Source of the DNA: the human T2T-CHM13v2.0 reference genome, Homo sapiens
DNA: 64,000 nucleotides
Assembly: GCF_009914755.1 (NCBI RefSeq)
Contig: NC_060925.1
Reading direction: 5' to 3' (one strand)
The translations under genes were made by a program, and so were the position numbers. Positions 1-12,941 of this stretch are shown here, one piece after another. The notes beneath the pieces are model-generated. The model was not told the origin of the DNA. It did no database searches and saw only the letters and a program-made list of their open reading frames with translations. The number at the start of each line of letters is the position of its first letter. The first letter of the stretch is position 1.

Positions 1-120
1 GAGACAGAGGTTGCAGTGAGCCGAGATCGCACCACTGCACTCCATCCTGGGCGACAGAGGGAGACTCCATCTCAAAAAATAAACAACAGCAGCAACAACA
101 ACAGCAACAACAACAAAAAC
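1..120 (+). mobile_element. Alu 3' end with A-rich/(CAA)n tail (cut by window edge)
   Basis: gaggttgcagtgagccgagatcgcaccactgcactcca...gagactccatctc followed by aaaaaataaacaacagcagcaacaacaac. Confidence 0.95.
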
Positions 121-249
121 CTACTGGTTAACTGTAGGCATTGTATCCACACTGAGACTACAGCTACAACAGCAAAATTTGACAGTTTTTGAATTTATGA
201 AGCTTAAATAAAATAAAGCAATTTGAAATTATGGTAAATAATTTAAAGC

Positions 250-700
250 CAAACAAAAAAAATGATGAGAAAGAAAAACGAGTTTATAAGAGAAGGTTTC
301 CTTGGGAGATGGTATTTAAACTGATATGAAATATGAGACATAGAGTCTTGAAGATGAACATTCCAGCGGGCATAGCATGCAAAACCACCTCGAGGAACTG
401 AAACAAAGCCAGCATGGGGAGGAGATGACTGAGAAGCAGGATGGCCAGGATTGGATTTGAGAGGCAGGAAGGCAGGGAGCAGCTGCTGCAGGATTCAGAC
501 TTATTACAGGTTACAGACCTTTATATAAAATTGCCTTCTCTATATTTCCCCTTAGATATCCTCTAGGCTCCTTAAGCTCAAAATGCCTGACCCTATGCTT
601 CTCCTTCTTTGTTCCTTATATCTGAAAATAAAATCTTGATCTACCCGGGGATGTCAGCCCAACACATTCTTGGAAGTTCTCTTTATTATATCCCCTGAGG
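250..700. mobile_element. Degenerate L2 fragments
   Basis: L2-like wording (ggtatttaaactga...gaacattccagc...agcatgcaaaa; gatatcctctaggctccttaagctcaaaatgcc); recalled similarity only. Confidence 0.45.
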
Positions 701-1169
701 GGATATGTTTTGTTCTTCTTTGCTAACAACTCTGGACTCTGTCCTCTACTCACCCTGCCCTCTTTCATCATATTCAGTCATGGACACCAGCAGTTGCTTA
801 ACTAGTTGTTGTGGTCACCTCACGGAGGGCAGCATCAAACACCCATTTAAAATTTGGTTTGAATGCAGACTAATGATACCATACATGCACCAAGAGGATA
901 TGAAAAGAGTTAAATAATGAGGCCTTCTAAGGAGGTCAGGGCAGCTTTCCAAGTGGGTATAAAAATGACTTGAGAAAACAGAGAAGGAAACTGTGTTATG
1001 TTGTCATGTACTTGCACGATTTGAGTTCCTTGCTGACACCAAGAGAATGAATGTGGGCTTTCTTTTCAGCTTGCCTGGATGTTAGGGAAAAGGAGATGAT
1101 GGAAGGATGGGACTTGAAAGTTGTGAGTGGCCAAACACAAAATATGGAATCAGATACTTTATTACACTA

Positions 1170-1505
1170 GTCTTTCTGACTCCAGTATTGATTCCCTAAA
1201 TCTGTTCTCCATGCTTCAATCTGTGACTATTCTAAAATTTAGGTGATCTCATATCTTTTCTTCACTTAAAATTTCATTGTCATAAATACAAGTCCGAGTT
1301 CCTTAATGTGGCATCTGAGGTCCTTCGTTGCTTGTCTTCTCACATTTTCAAGTTTTTTCTTAATATTCCTACCTTCACATTCCATTTTCCAGCCACACTG
1401 GTTAGCTGGAGCACCATAACATGCCTTGCTCCCACACTTCTAGATTTTTGTTTGCTTTTTTCCCCAATGTCTGAAATACTGTTTTCTCCTCTACTCCCAT
1501 ATGTT
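1170..1505 (+). mobile_element. L2 fragment
   Basis: Pyrimidine-rich L2-like tract (aaatctgttctccatgc...cacttaaaatttcattg...ataaatacaagtccgagttcctta...cagccacactgg). Confidence 0.6.
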
Positions 1506-1511
1506 TCTTTA

Positions 1512-2435
1512 TTAATTTCAGTTTTATGAAGTATAATTTACATAAATAAAATTTTTACCCTTTAAAAATGTACAGTTCATTGAAGTCTGACAAATGCCTA
1601 TAGTAATATAATTACTATCTCAAAGTAGAGAATGCCTCACCAACCCCAAAAAGTTCCTTTGTACCACTTTACAGTCACACTGTCCCTTTATACCCAGCCC
1701 CTACAGATCTGTTTCTTTAGTTTTGTCTTTTCATGATCTTATAAATGGAATTACAAGGTAGGTGGCACTTTGCTTCTGTTTTTTTCCACTAACATAAGAC
1801 TTTGTGATATTCATCCGTATATTTGAATATATCGGTTGTTTATTTCCTTTTTATTGCTGAATTAGTATTTCATTGCATGGCCATAGCATAATTTATTTAT
1901 CCATTTACCAGTTGACAGACCTATGGATTACTTCCAGTGTTGGGCAATTATAAATATATTTGCTATAAGCATTGCTATACAGGTCTTTGTGTGTGTACAC
2001 AAGGGTTTATTTCTCTTAGAAAAATATGTAGGGATGAAATTTCATATTCTATGGAAACAATATGTTTAAATTTATAAGAAACTTGAAGACGGTTGTGCCA
2101 TTTTGAATTCCTACCAGTAATCTGTGAATCTCCACTCTCAAATACTCATCTTGGTATTTGTTAAGTTCTAAAAATTATCCATTCTAATAGGTGTACAGTT
2201 ATCTCATTGCATATTTTTAAGTAATTAATGATGATGAACATCTCTTCACGTGTGTTTATTTGCCATTTATGTATCTCTGATGAAGAAACTTCCCCAATCT
2301 TTTTGACCATTTCTAAAATTGGGTTGATGGACTTTTAGTATTGAATTTAATGGTAAGAGTTCTTTATATGCTTGGAAAGGTCCTTTTGATCAGATATGTG
2401 ATCAGATATGTGCTTTGCAAATATTTTCTCCCTGT
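1512..2435 (-). mobile_element. Old L1 (L1MB/L1ME type) 3' region
   Basis: Antisense L1 3' end: ttttatgaagtataatttacata...tgtacagttca...ttatccatttaccagttgacagac...tttgcaaatattttctcc. Confidence 0.85.
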
Positions 2436-3163
2436 CTGGGGCAGATAATAACTTTGTTTCTACCCTTCTCCCAGCAGCAGTGGTCTTTTGCCTGGATCCT
2501 CTGCCCCACCCAGCATCAGAAACCTATTGACTCTAGTCCTCTACAAAGGGCAGCAGATTATTCTCTGGGACCACAGTACATAGGTTTTCCTACCTTTCCA
2601 CTAGTGGCTTATGGCTTTCGCTTATATTCAAGAAGGATCCATGAAATGTTGGGGATTATGTGGTTTTGTGCCATGGAGGTATGGGGGCATGCCAAAGTCC
2701 CCTGTCGTGCCTGATATCTTTCTCATGAGCACTAGTGAAGTGCTAAGGGGGGCTAGGGAATGAGCGCAGACAACTCATGTATCTGGGCTCCAAGAATCTA
2801 AACTCAATCTAGCCTATACTTGACATTTGTAAATTATTTAAAAATTAATATTTTTCTTCTTTCCTGTTTTCATGGAGGCTGCTTCTTCCTCTTTGACCAT
2901 GCCAAAAGCAAAATAGTAAAAGAGTTCATATATCCTACCTCTGCTCAGAGCAAGATCTCATCTTAGTCCACAGTCCTACCTGCCATCTTTTGGGATTCAG
3001 TTGACAAGTTGCTTGGTGTTGCATTCTTGGTGTCATTGCCGGGTCTTTTGTTTTTGTTTTTGATGTGTTGTGACACAAGAGTCCTGTTGTTGTAGAAGAG
3101 TGGTTAGCTGAACAGATTATGTTGCTCAGAAAATCCTATGGTTATAAGAGAGGGTAAGGATAG

Positions 3164-3527
<364 letters not shown>

Positions 3528-3654
3528 TCAAGATGTCTTGATGCACATTTTTATGTACTGCTAATAAAATAGTGGGATTATTTATAAGGGTCTTTGTTTA
3601 ATGCCAAATCTTTATGTTAATCAGGTAAATTTAATGTTTTAAATGCTAAAAAAT

Positions 3655-3728
3655 GTCAGACTTCAGCACTATATGATTCATTCACGTAACCAAAAACACT
3701 TGTACCCAAAAGCTATTGAAAAATAATT
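3655..3728 (+). mobile_element. Short L1 3'-terminal fragment
   Basis: cagacttcagcactatatgattcattcacgtaaccaaaaacacttgtacccaaaagctattgaaaaat resembles an L1PB/L1MA 3' terminus. Confidence 0.65.
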
Positions 3729-6099
3729 ATTTGCAATTTACTTGCTACTCATTTAAACTCCAGTGACTGAAAGATAAGAAAAATAAAATGCCTAGTGGAA
3801 CAGTTTATTCTGTGATATCTCTAGAATTTAGTAGTTATTGCACCAACCAAATAAACTTATACTGAAAATTGAATTTTCATATTACATTTATATTGCATTA
3901 TATATATTGAATTTATAGTTCGTAAAGAGCATATATACGATTATAGTCATAAATTCATTAAAATGATATATTGGGTTAATTTCCCACTGAGGTCTGGTAG
4001 AAATAAATGTATTCTAAATAGTGAATCAAAAGTTTATTAAAAAATTCATCAACAATTTACTTGTTATTGTTTTCTTATGATGTGAATCTTGAATGTATCT
4101 CGAATCACTCTGCTTCTAAGAATTCAGCCAATTAGTAAAATGTCTGACAATATTGAATGGTTTTGAAGGATTTGTCTTATAAATTCTCAATCTTATACTG
4201 GAAGTTAGCCTCAAGTAAATGTAACTGTATTCACACAGATCTATTCCTTTGTTTACAAAGATGTAATGACCAAATAGACTATATCAACTTAGACACAAGG
4301 AAGAAAGTCAAATTACACATAAAGAGCTACCACATTTGACTTAGAAGATACATCATTAATTATTTCTGAAAATAAAAATAGCCAAAGAAGCTATATAGCA
4401 CCCTAAACTGAAACGTCAGGTTGTCAGGACCCCTATGGAAACTCTCTTGTCATTCCAACAACTACCTTCTACTTATTCCAGGACCTGGTTCATCCTTTGT
4501 GGATGGGAAGTATGAGTCAGACTTGAGCAATCGACAGCTACACTTTGATGTCCCATGCCATTCTCCACCCATTCCAGCACTCCCTGACCAAAAGAACGTT
4601 CCAAAGTGGGCTTCGTTATGCCAACTCTGGTTCCCTTCAGCATCTATGATATTAAACTGTGAGGTAGAGAGAAAACATTCTTTCTGAATTTAGGTGGAAA
4701 CAATTTAGTTATACAAACACACAGGTCCACAAGCATGTCTGCCCCCGCTCTGCCATACAGATGCACATATCTCCAGAAGAAAAGCACTAATTGTGCATAA
4801 GCGCACAGCCTTAGTCAGAGAGCTTCAGCTGGGATATGCACAGAGCACTGCTAATAGACAAAATAATTTTGTGTGGTATGACAAACATTCTAATTTTAAT
4901 AGTATATTTATTTTAGTCTGGAAATAATATAACAGGATATTTATGGTGAACATACAGAAGGATCATTGGTGGAGGGATCATTGGTGGGTGATTGAGAGAG
5001 AGCTCACAGAAAATCCACAGATACTGAGATCTTGGAGACTGAATTGGAGTGAAGGCTCTACCAGAGTGTGTAGAGGTAGCTACCATGTTATGCTAGGAGA
5101 AGACCACTATTTTAGTGGAGACAAGGATGTCTATGGACAGTAGAACTGAAGAGGCAACATCAAAGACTATGGCTATAGGTTTTAGATACATGTTAGGCAA
5201 CATTTTTTCATTTGTCTGAGGGCTGAATTGAGGGACATACAATAGCTTACCACTTTTTTTTTTTTTTTTTTTGTAAAACAAGTGTTGAGATCAGATATAT
5301 TCTTCTACCATTTTTGAACCCCCACCAACTCTGTTCCACAGGAAAAAGGTATTAAAGAGGTACACTGGAGCAATTCTCTATTCCAACACATTCCCTCTTT
5401 TCTGCTACAAAATAAGTGTAGGAAACAACTCATAGAAGAAGGGAAGTTCAGTGCCTCTGGGCTTTATCTTTGCACAGTGCGTTCCTATGGATCCAACCTT
5501 GTGATCTTGTCCTACTGCAGAGATCACAGGATTTGGTCTTATGAGGAGAGAGCCAGAGTGTTAGGTGTTGGAACCAATATATTTGGTTGTGCTGGAATTC
5601 CCAATGCTTACACAAAGTCTCCTTCTGGTTCCACACTCTGACAAGATGAGAGCAAAGTGCCCTGGGTGATCCCAAGACTCAGGCACTATGAATCTATACT
5701 TAAATATACCATCCCCTAGTCTAAATCAGGGCTGTGTTTCTTGTCTAACCAAGAATCTCTTCTCCATACCTCACCTTGCTGCAGCATGTAGTAATGGAGT
5801 GGAGCGAGGCAGCCAAATAGAGGCCCTGCTCAGGTGGCATCTTGTAGTGTGTTTGTATGACCTGGCCAGTGAAAGGCATTCCCATTAGAAGAAGAGAGAG
5901 TCTCACTTGACCATGAACTCAGACACTCAAGAGGCTCTAGTACAGAGTTGGAAAGACTTTAGTGATTTGCTAAGTGGGGGCAATAGGAGTATGAGAAACA
6001 ACTGTGGGAAGATCAGATTTGTGGCTCAAATCCAGTAATTCTTTAAGGTTAGACTGTTGGTTTAGATCAAAATTTAAAAATAAAATAATCTTAATAATA

Positions 6100-6484
6100 T
6101 GGAACTAACTTCCATATGTTTAGTAAAAGTAAGAATATTCAAACAAATATAAATTCATTGCTGGTTATATCAGTTGCATTCTTCTTATTGGAAAACTTTT
6201 CTTTTAAGAAATTGCTTTATTACTTGGGTTTCATTTTTATTTTTTTGAAATGCAATAACATTACTTTCTTTTCAGTATATTTATATTAATGGCTATCTTC
6301 TATTTAAATGCTACCAGTTTTCCCTTTGTAATAGTAATATTTAGCTTGTCTTAAAAATAAATTTGTTCAAATATAAAATTTTAATTAAATACAAACATTA
6401 ATTAAATACTAATAAAGTCAGACTAGGACATGGCAAAAATCATGAAGGTTGTTTGAGAATTATAGGCAATTTGAAAAACACTGG
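6100..6484. mobile_element. Probable hAT-Charlie DNA transposon remnant
   Basis: AT-rich body ending ggcaaaaatcatgaaggttg...tttgaaaaacactg, like a Charlie terminal inverted repeat. Confidence 0.45.
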
Positions 6485-6819
6485 CTTTAGAGGGAAACAA
6501 GTTTAAATATGAGGTAGTGTGAGCAAAATTCTACACACAATTGGAAGAGCACATTACCTGGTGATGCAGGGTAGGTCATTATTAAGTGCCCATGTCTCTC
6601 TGAGTAAGACAAAGCGAGCATCCTCCCATTGAAATTTACTCAAGAAGGCAGATGTTACACACGACCACGTCTCTGTGCCTTGAGCGAAATCTCATTCTTA
6701 GTTAGGGCATCTTCAAACTATTCTTCCAAAAGGTGTTGGAGAAAGAGTCAGTCACTGGATAAATTGGGGAGTTTCTTTGAAGGAGTCTGCAATTTAAAGT
6801 GAGCAGAGTATCAACTTTG

Positions 6820-6970
6820 AAATTAATAGCTTTGGGCTGAATTTCAGAACTCCGGCTTTATGTCAACTGTGAGGGAACTTGGGAAAGATTAAACACTCTG
6901 CTTCATATGTATAAAATTAGAATAGTAATCCTAAAGGAAGTAAGGAATATTAAATGAGAATATGTATGTA
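6820..6970 (+). mobile_element. MIR
   Basis: ctgtgagggaacttgggaaag...ctctgcttcatatgtataaaattagaatagtaatcc...attaaatgagaatatgtatg (MIR core). Confidence 0.7.
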
Positions 6971-6982
6971 TATGCATGCGAG

Positions 6983-7017
6983 ATATATATGTGTGTGTGT
7001 GTTTGTGTGTGTGTGTA
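6983..7017. repeat. (TA)n(TG)n microsatellite
   Basis: atatatatgtgtgtgtgtgtttgtgtgtgtgtgta. Confidence 0.9.
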
Positions 7018-8399
7018 TGAAATATATTTCTTGGGGGAAAAAAAGAAAGGATTTCTTCCTCTTTTGATTAAAGGGAGCTAGATGGAGTGATCATAAGCTT
7101 TCTTTCAGTATGGAAAGTTTGACCCTACCACCCTTAAGTCTGAACATGACCTAAGAAAAAGGTGGATATGATATGATGGAAATCCTTGCTAGAGAGACAC
7201 AATATGTTGAGAGCTTTTTTCGTTCCAGCCAGGTGGATTCAGGCAAGGGTAATGTAGCAATGTTGAAGGGAAGCAGGAGCCGATAAAGTGACCCACATGA
7301 TATATCTTTAAGCCAAACCTCTTTGGATGAGGGATGGAAGGTGAAGATATTACATAGCTTGAGGGAAAATTGGAAAGAAAAGGATGATGACTGTACCCTA
7401 TATAATACACTAGGACAAGTCCATAAACATGCCCGTTGTCATCTTGAGTTTGGTAATATAGCAGTGGTGTCTAGGTAGATGAAACTGATGAGACTGAGAT
7501 GGTTTTCCTGTGACCTGCATATGTCAGACAGGAGGGGCAGAATTTCTCCATGCACCAGTGACCAGCTACTGCAGTGCTGGAGTCCGTATGAAGAGGCTGC
7601 CTTGCTTGACTTTGTGACTAAAGGCAAATGCCAGCCATTATGGGCTTGACTAGAGTGGTCTTCATTCTAGTGAATGACCTACTGTGTGACCACAGTACAT
7701 TAACTGTCACCATTTCTGGAACTAGACAAGGGCAACCAATTTAACAACAGCCATTGGGATTCCAGAAGACACACAATAATTCAAAAATTCAAGACTCACT
7801 TTTTCCCATTACTCAAGGTCATGTAAGTGACCCTTCTGGCATACATTCAGATGCCATGTCTGAGAAGGTGAGGGAGAAGGAAAGCAAGTTGAAAAAAAAG
7901 TTATTTATGAAAAGAAGACTTTAAAAAAACAAGCCACTTAAAATAGCACTGAGAATTCGATGAACTTCGAGTAGACTGACTTAGAACATAGAATTTTTAA
8001 ATGTGCAGATGCTGAGATACTAGTAATTGGCAAGTTTAAGTTTCTTCTCTTCCAAAGGGAAATAATTATGAGAAAAAGGATGATCAGATTATAACTGATC
8101 AGATCAGTTATGGAAAAATATAGCTGCTACATTTTCCTTGCTAATCTGAGTAATAGTTTGATTAAATTCTGTCTATGTCTCACATATATCACAATGCTAG
8201 ACCTATAACAATAAGATATTAATTATTCTACTCTATACCATGCTAAAGGAATCAAATGAAGATATTCTAATAAGAAGCTAAACTACATCCACAACACAGG
8301 TCATAAAGTCATGCCATCTTATATATCTTACTTACAGCATTGGTAAGTGTGTAGGGATAAGATTGTATGAGGTGGAGAATAATAATAACATGGGTCTTA

Positions 8400-8765
8400 A
8401 CAGTTTCTCTGTAAATTTCAGAATGCCAATGGACCTTCCATACTGACAAGCAATCCTACCATGTTTCTCTGGTTATTTCTTGGGAAAGACATAACTTCTT
8501 GTAGAAATAAAGCTGAAATGATATGAATTCTCTGCAACAATCTCTCACCCATTTGCAGAGAGCACACCTAAAAATAGGGGTACTAGGAAAAGAATCCAAG
8601 AAAAATTGGATGCCCTGATGACAACTGTTGAGCTGCTAATAAAGCTTTGTGTAAAGCTAGCTCTGTAATGGGACTTTTCAATCATGTGAAATACTATATT
8701 TCATTTATTGATATGCTGGCTTACGTTAGGTATTCTGTCACTTTTCCTGAAGGACATCTGATAAT
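8400..8765 (+). mobile_element. ERVL-type LTR remnant (LTR33/LTR16-like)
   Basis: ccctgatgacaactgttgagc...gggacttttcaatcatgtg...gttaggtattctgtcactt...ctgata end typical of this group. Confidence 0.55.
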
Positions 8766-9559
8766 AAAAAAAAAGATCCATGGCCAGAGCAAAGGGTACA
8801 CAGTGTTGGTTAAGACACCAAAATTAAGTTTAGGTTAAATAGCATTGTCTAATATTCCCCCAAAGGATCCTATGAGGATGGAATCTTGAAAGTAGGGAAA
8901 GGAATCATAGGTGGTCTGGACATTAGTCCTGTCCTTTATCATCTCCTTCAGATTTCTGTAAGTTTTAGAGTATATTGAAATTCATAATTTTAAAAGAATA
9001 AATGAATCATATTTGAGGAAATTTATGAAAATTAAGGTGCCTGAGTTTCACTCACCTGTTGTACTTTGCCAAAAACATAAAAAACATAAACATCCCCCAT
9101 TCACACTTAAATATTAATAATGTTTTAATTTACTGTTTACTTTTTATTAAAGTATGTTTTTCTTTCTTAATTCTATTATATTGAATCCTTTTATGTTTGC
9201 TTTTTTCCCTAACATGGCCTGCAAAAAGTGCTTGGCTATAAGATTTATTGTGTGTTTGTTTCAGAATCTTTTGTGACGATTTTCAAGCAATCACTCTTGA
9301 ATGAAGCAGAGGATGCAGCCATATGCTGTACGTTCAGTATTTCCCCATTAAGTAAGGAAACAGAATGGCATTCTAGTGTCCTTCATTCTTTCCTCCATGT
9401 TGGCATTATGTGCTTCCATCCTAGGAGATTTAATGAGAATGCTAATTCAAGAGAATGCTTCCAATTAAGCATTTGAAAACTAAGAAAGCAATACAAGACA
9501 CAAACTCTTTTGAAAGTCAACTTTTATTTCTTCACTTCTTATTTTATCCTTTTTACCAT

Positions 9560-10815
9560 TGGCTACTTTATGAATGCCTATGGCTTTACCCATCATTGAG
9601 AAATGACATAAAATTACATCTCTACCCCAGTATTATCCTCTAAGTCTCAAATTGGTATAGTCAGCCATTAATTCTTCTCTCCTTCTAAGTGATTAAAAAG
9701 TAATCCAAACTCAGCTTGTCTCAAATTGAACATATTTTCATCCTCTTCTGTGATGGACAGCCTCCTAAGGTTTTTGTTAAATAGCTCAGGAAATTAAAAG
9801 GTATCTGTGCTGAATGCCCACCCCCCTCAATATTTAATCCATTAAAGCTCAATTTTACCACCCATGTATCTTTCAAATCTGTTTAGTTCTCTCTATTCCC
9901 ATGGTAGCCACGGTTATGTTCGTAATACAAATCTAGTCATCTGACCACCATCCCCATTCCCCGCACAGCCCATGCTTAAAATATCAAATGTCATGTCACT
10001 GTTACTAGGACAAAGGTCACTAACCTTAAAATTGTCTAAAAGATAATTCATGTGTAGACCTGCCCTGTGTGATATGGTGGCTAGTAGGCATATGTGGTAA
10101 TAGAATTGGGACTAGTCCAAATTGAGATTTGCTATGTGTGTATTTCAGAAACTCTGTATGAAAAAAGAAGCATATAAAATATCCTATTAATATTTTTATA
10201 CTGACTATATGCCAAAATGGTAATATTGTACAAATATTGGGTTAAATAAAATAAATTCTTAAAATTAATTTAACCTGTTTCTTTTTACATTTTAATCTAG
10301 CTAATGGAAAATTTAAAATGATGTGAATTTCTGGCATGGTATTTTTATTAGACAGGGCTGGTCTAAAGTAGAATTATGCTCCCACATGCTTTCTGTTCTC
10401 CAATTTTACTGTACTTCTTTCATTGCCTATAAAGTGCTACACTTGGGCTTTTCATGTACTTTCTTTTGTCTGGAGCACTTCTTTTTCTTCAACTCTATGC
10501 AACGATCTTCCTATCACCCTGTGTACTACTTTTTCTTGAGATCTCAGTTAAGTCATCACAGACTCAGGAAAGATTCTCTTTATATCTCTGAGTAAGTTAA
10601 ATTCCTGGATTATGGAACCAGGTGTTTCTCTGTCATATAGCTCACAGTAAAAATTTTATATATTTTTGCATAACTCTTTGTTAGTTTTTAGATTCTCTGT
10701 GATAGCATAGACCATCTCTGGTTTTGATCACCCTTATATGCTCAGCAACTAAAGCAGTATCTGCTATGTGCTAAGAGATTAATAAATATTTAGGAAATTT
10801 TTAAAAAATGAATGT
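9560..10815 (+). mobile_element. L2 remnants (interrupted by MER33)
   Basis: atacaaatctagtcatc...atgcttaaaa; 3' end with tttgatcaccc...cagtatctgctatgtgctaagagattaataaatatt...aatgaatg. Confidence 0.6.
10060..10360. mobile_element. MER33 (hAT-Charlie MITE)
   Basis: Degenerate TIRs ctgccctgtg...gacagggctg; flanks gtgtagac/gtctaaag resemble an 8-bp hAT TSD; body gggttaaataaaata...aaaattaattttaacctgtttcttttta. Confidence 0.85.
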
Positions 10816-10949
10816 CTGTTGACTTAAAAATATGGGAAACCATCATTATATATTCATAACCACCATTCAGTTACAGATTCTGAATGTCTCTGGCCAGACA
10901 TATAATGTTGAAACTTAGAAAGAAACCTATTTGGATACTTTAGATTACT

Positions 10950-11317
10950 ATCTAGAAAACACTCACTCCTACTTCCCTCCACACTCTCACCCTACTGTGG
11001 TCAGAACAGAGTATACTTCTGGTATCCTAGACTTGAACATCAGCACATGACTTGATTTCTTCAAAGGGAAATTAGGAGGCAAGAGAAGAAGAGACTTGAA
11101 TTGTGTCTGCACAGGGGGCTCATCTTCACACCTCCACCAATACCATGTGGACGATCTTTGGAAGAAAGTTCCTGCCCCTTCAGCCTGGGCCTAATCCCCA
11201 GTGCAACTCATAGCTTCAGCCCAGTCTAGATCAGCTGAACTTGAGCAAGAATAAATTGTTGTTTTAAGGCACTGAGCTTGGAGGTGGTTGGTTACACAGC
11301 AATAGCCAATTATTACA
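10950..11317 (+). mobile_element. Old MaLR LTR (MLT1I/J/K-like)
   Basis: End gagcaagaataaattgttgttttaaggcactgagcttggaggtggttggttacacagcaatagc...taca. Confidence 0.7.
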
Positions 11318-11411
11318 GTTCCCATCTCAGGGCCCTAAATGTACTTTTAATAAGCAAAGATATAATATTTTGAATAGTGGAATTTTTGAAGTGGACCATT
11401 AGATTTTATAC

Positions 11412-11939
11412 AGACCAAGACATTCTTAATGTTCCCTCAGACTGACTAAATTTTAGAATGTTTTCTTTCCAACTATAAGTCCCTGACCACTCTTTTCTTA
11501 GAGCATTTCATTCAGAAAGTTTTCTATTGTTAATACTTTCCCTACCCCTTTTACATGTAAATTTTCTCCAAATGTCTTCCCAATTTTACAACCTAGGAAT
11601 GTCTTTCCCAAGGACCTTAGAACGATCCCTTTTAAATGTAATAATCAAGAAATGTAGGGCCCCTTTCTCCCAGTCTCTGTGGAAGGGCAGAATTCTGATT
11701 TTGGTAAGCATCAATTTAGCACATGTAGATAGCATCATCACTTTGACCAACTCCCCACTAATATCCTTCGGTGCTTTTCCAATAGTTCATCCCAGAAGTT
11801 AAAAACTTGCTTATCTTTTGTCTCAATAGAGTTGATAATCTCGCTCTCCTATTGCAGTAGTCTTGATCCCAACTGCAATAGTCTTGAATAAAGCCTTTCT
11901 TCCCTGTTTACATTTATCTGGTACAATTTTTCTTGAACA
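11412..11939 (+). mobile_element. MER31-like ERV1 solo LTR
   Basis: cccagtctctgtggaagg, tgcaatagtcttgaataaag poly(A) signal, ends tttttcttgaaca; homologous to 59745-60307 on the other strand. Confidence 0.8.
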
Positions 11940-12107
11940 ATGCACATAGAATTTCTTTCTAGGGAAGAAAATATAGAACAAGTAACAAGTATGTTTATGA
12001 ACAATATAAACATAGGCTTCCCTGCTTTAAAGAGAATATTCATTTGTAATACATGTTATGTCCTTACTTTGATAAAGCCATATGTTTCATGAAATAATGA
12101 AAGTGGC

Positions 12108-12320
12108 TGATAATAACAGTAGCAGGTAAAATCTATTGCATATTTACATTAAGCACCATCTTAAGGGTTTAACAATGGGTGACTTTTAAAAACAATAAAA
12201 ATATTTTGATATGGCTACTATTATGCCCATTTAATAAGTGAAGAAAATGAAGCTCTATGTGTTTAAATAGGTTCTCTTATGTCACAGTTTATACATAAGG
12301 AATTTCATATTCTGGTCCAT
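12108..12320 (-). mobile_element. MIR
   Basis: ataataacagtagc...ctattatgcccatttaataagtgaagaaaatgaagctc...tgtcacag. Confidence 0.65.
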
Positions 12321-12941
12321 TGCTTGTAGGGCCTACCTTGCTGACATCTCTTGCAAGCTGCATCTGTATACCTGGGTTAATCCTGTGCAATTTTGTGAAC
12401 TGTTTATCACCTTCCCAAAGATACTCGAGAAGAGAATTGTGAGAAGTGCAAATGTGTTTCTTTTGACTTGTGTTAATGGAAGGCAGACTAAAAATATATT
12501 GAAACCTAATTGAAAATTTAAACTAAGTGAAAGGCAGAGAAAAGCATTTTCTCTTTACCTTGGAACAAATATCTTATTTGGCTCAAGGCCAAGCTAATAG
12601 TCCTAAGATTTATAAATGATTTTTAGATTTCAAGAGTTTCAAGAAATCTAAGAGATACATGACTCTGTCTATAGATGAGCATTTTATATATATATAGAAA
12701 GTATACAATATATTCAAAGGCTTTAAAATTCATCTAAGTGAAACCAGTTATTTAAATGTATTTTGTTCAAATAGGTGTTACACGTTACATATTGTCCATC
12801 ATTTGGACACCTCTTATAAGAAGTTAAAGCCTGAAAGACACACTGAACATGGTCATTATCTCTGTGAATCACAGAATACTAGTACAATATATTCTAGGAT
12901 ATTAGCAATTTGGGTTTGAAATTCTTTTGGCTTAATCCTCG

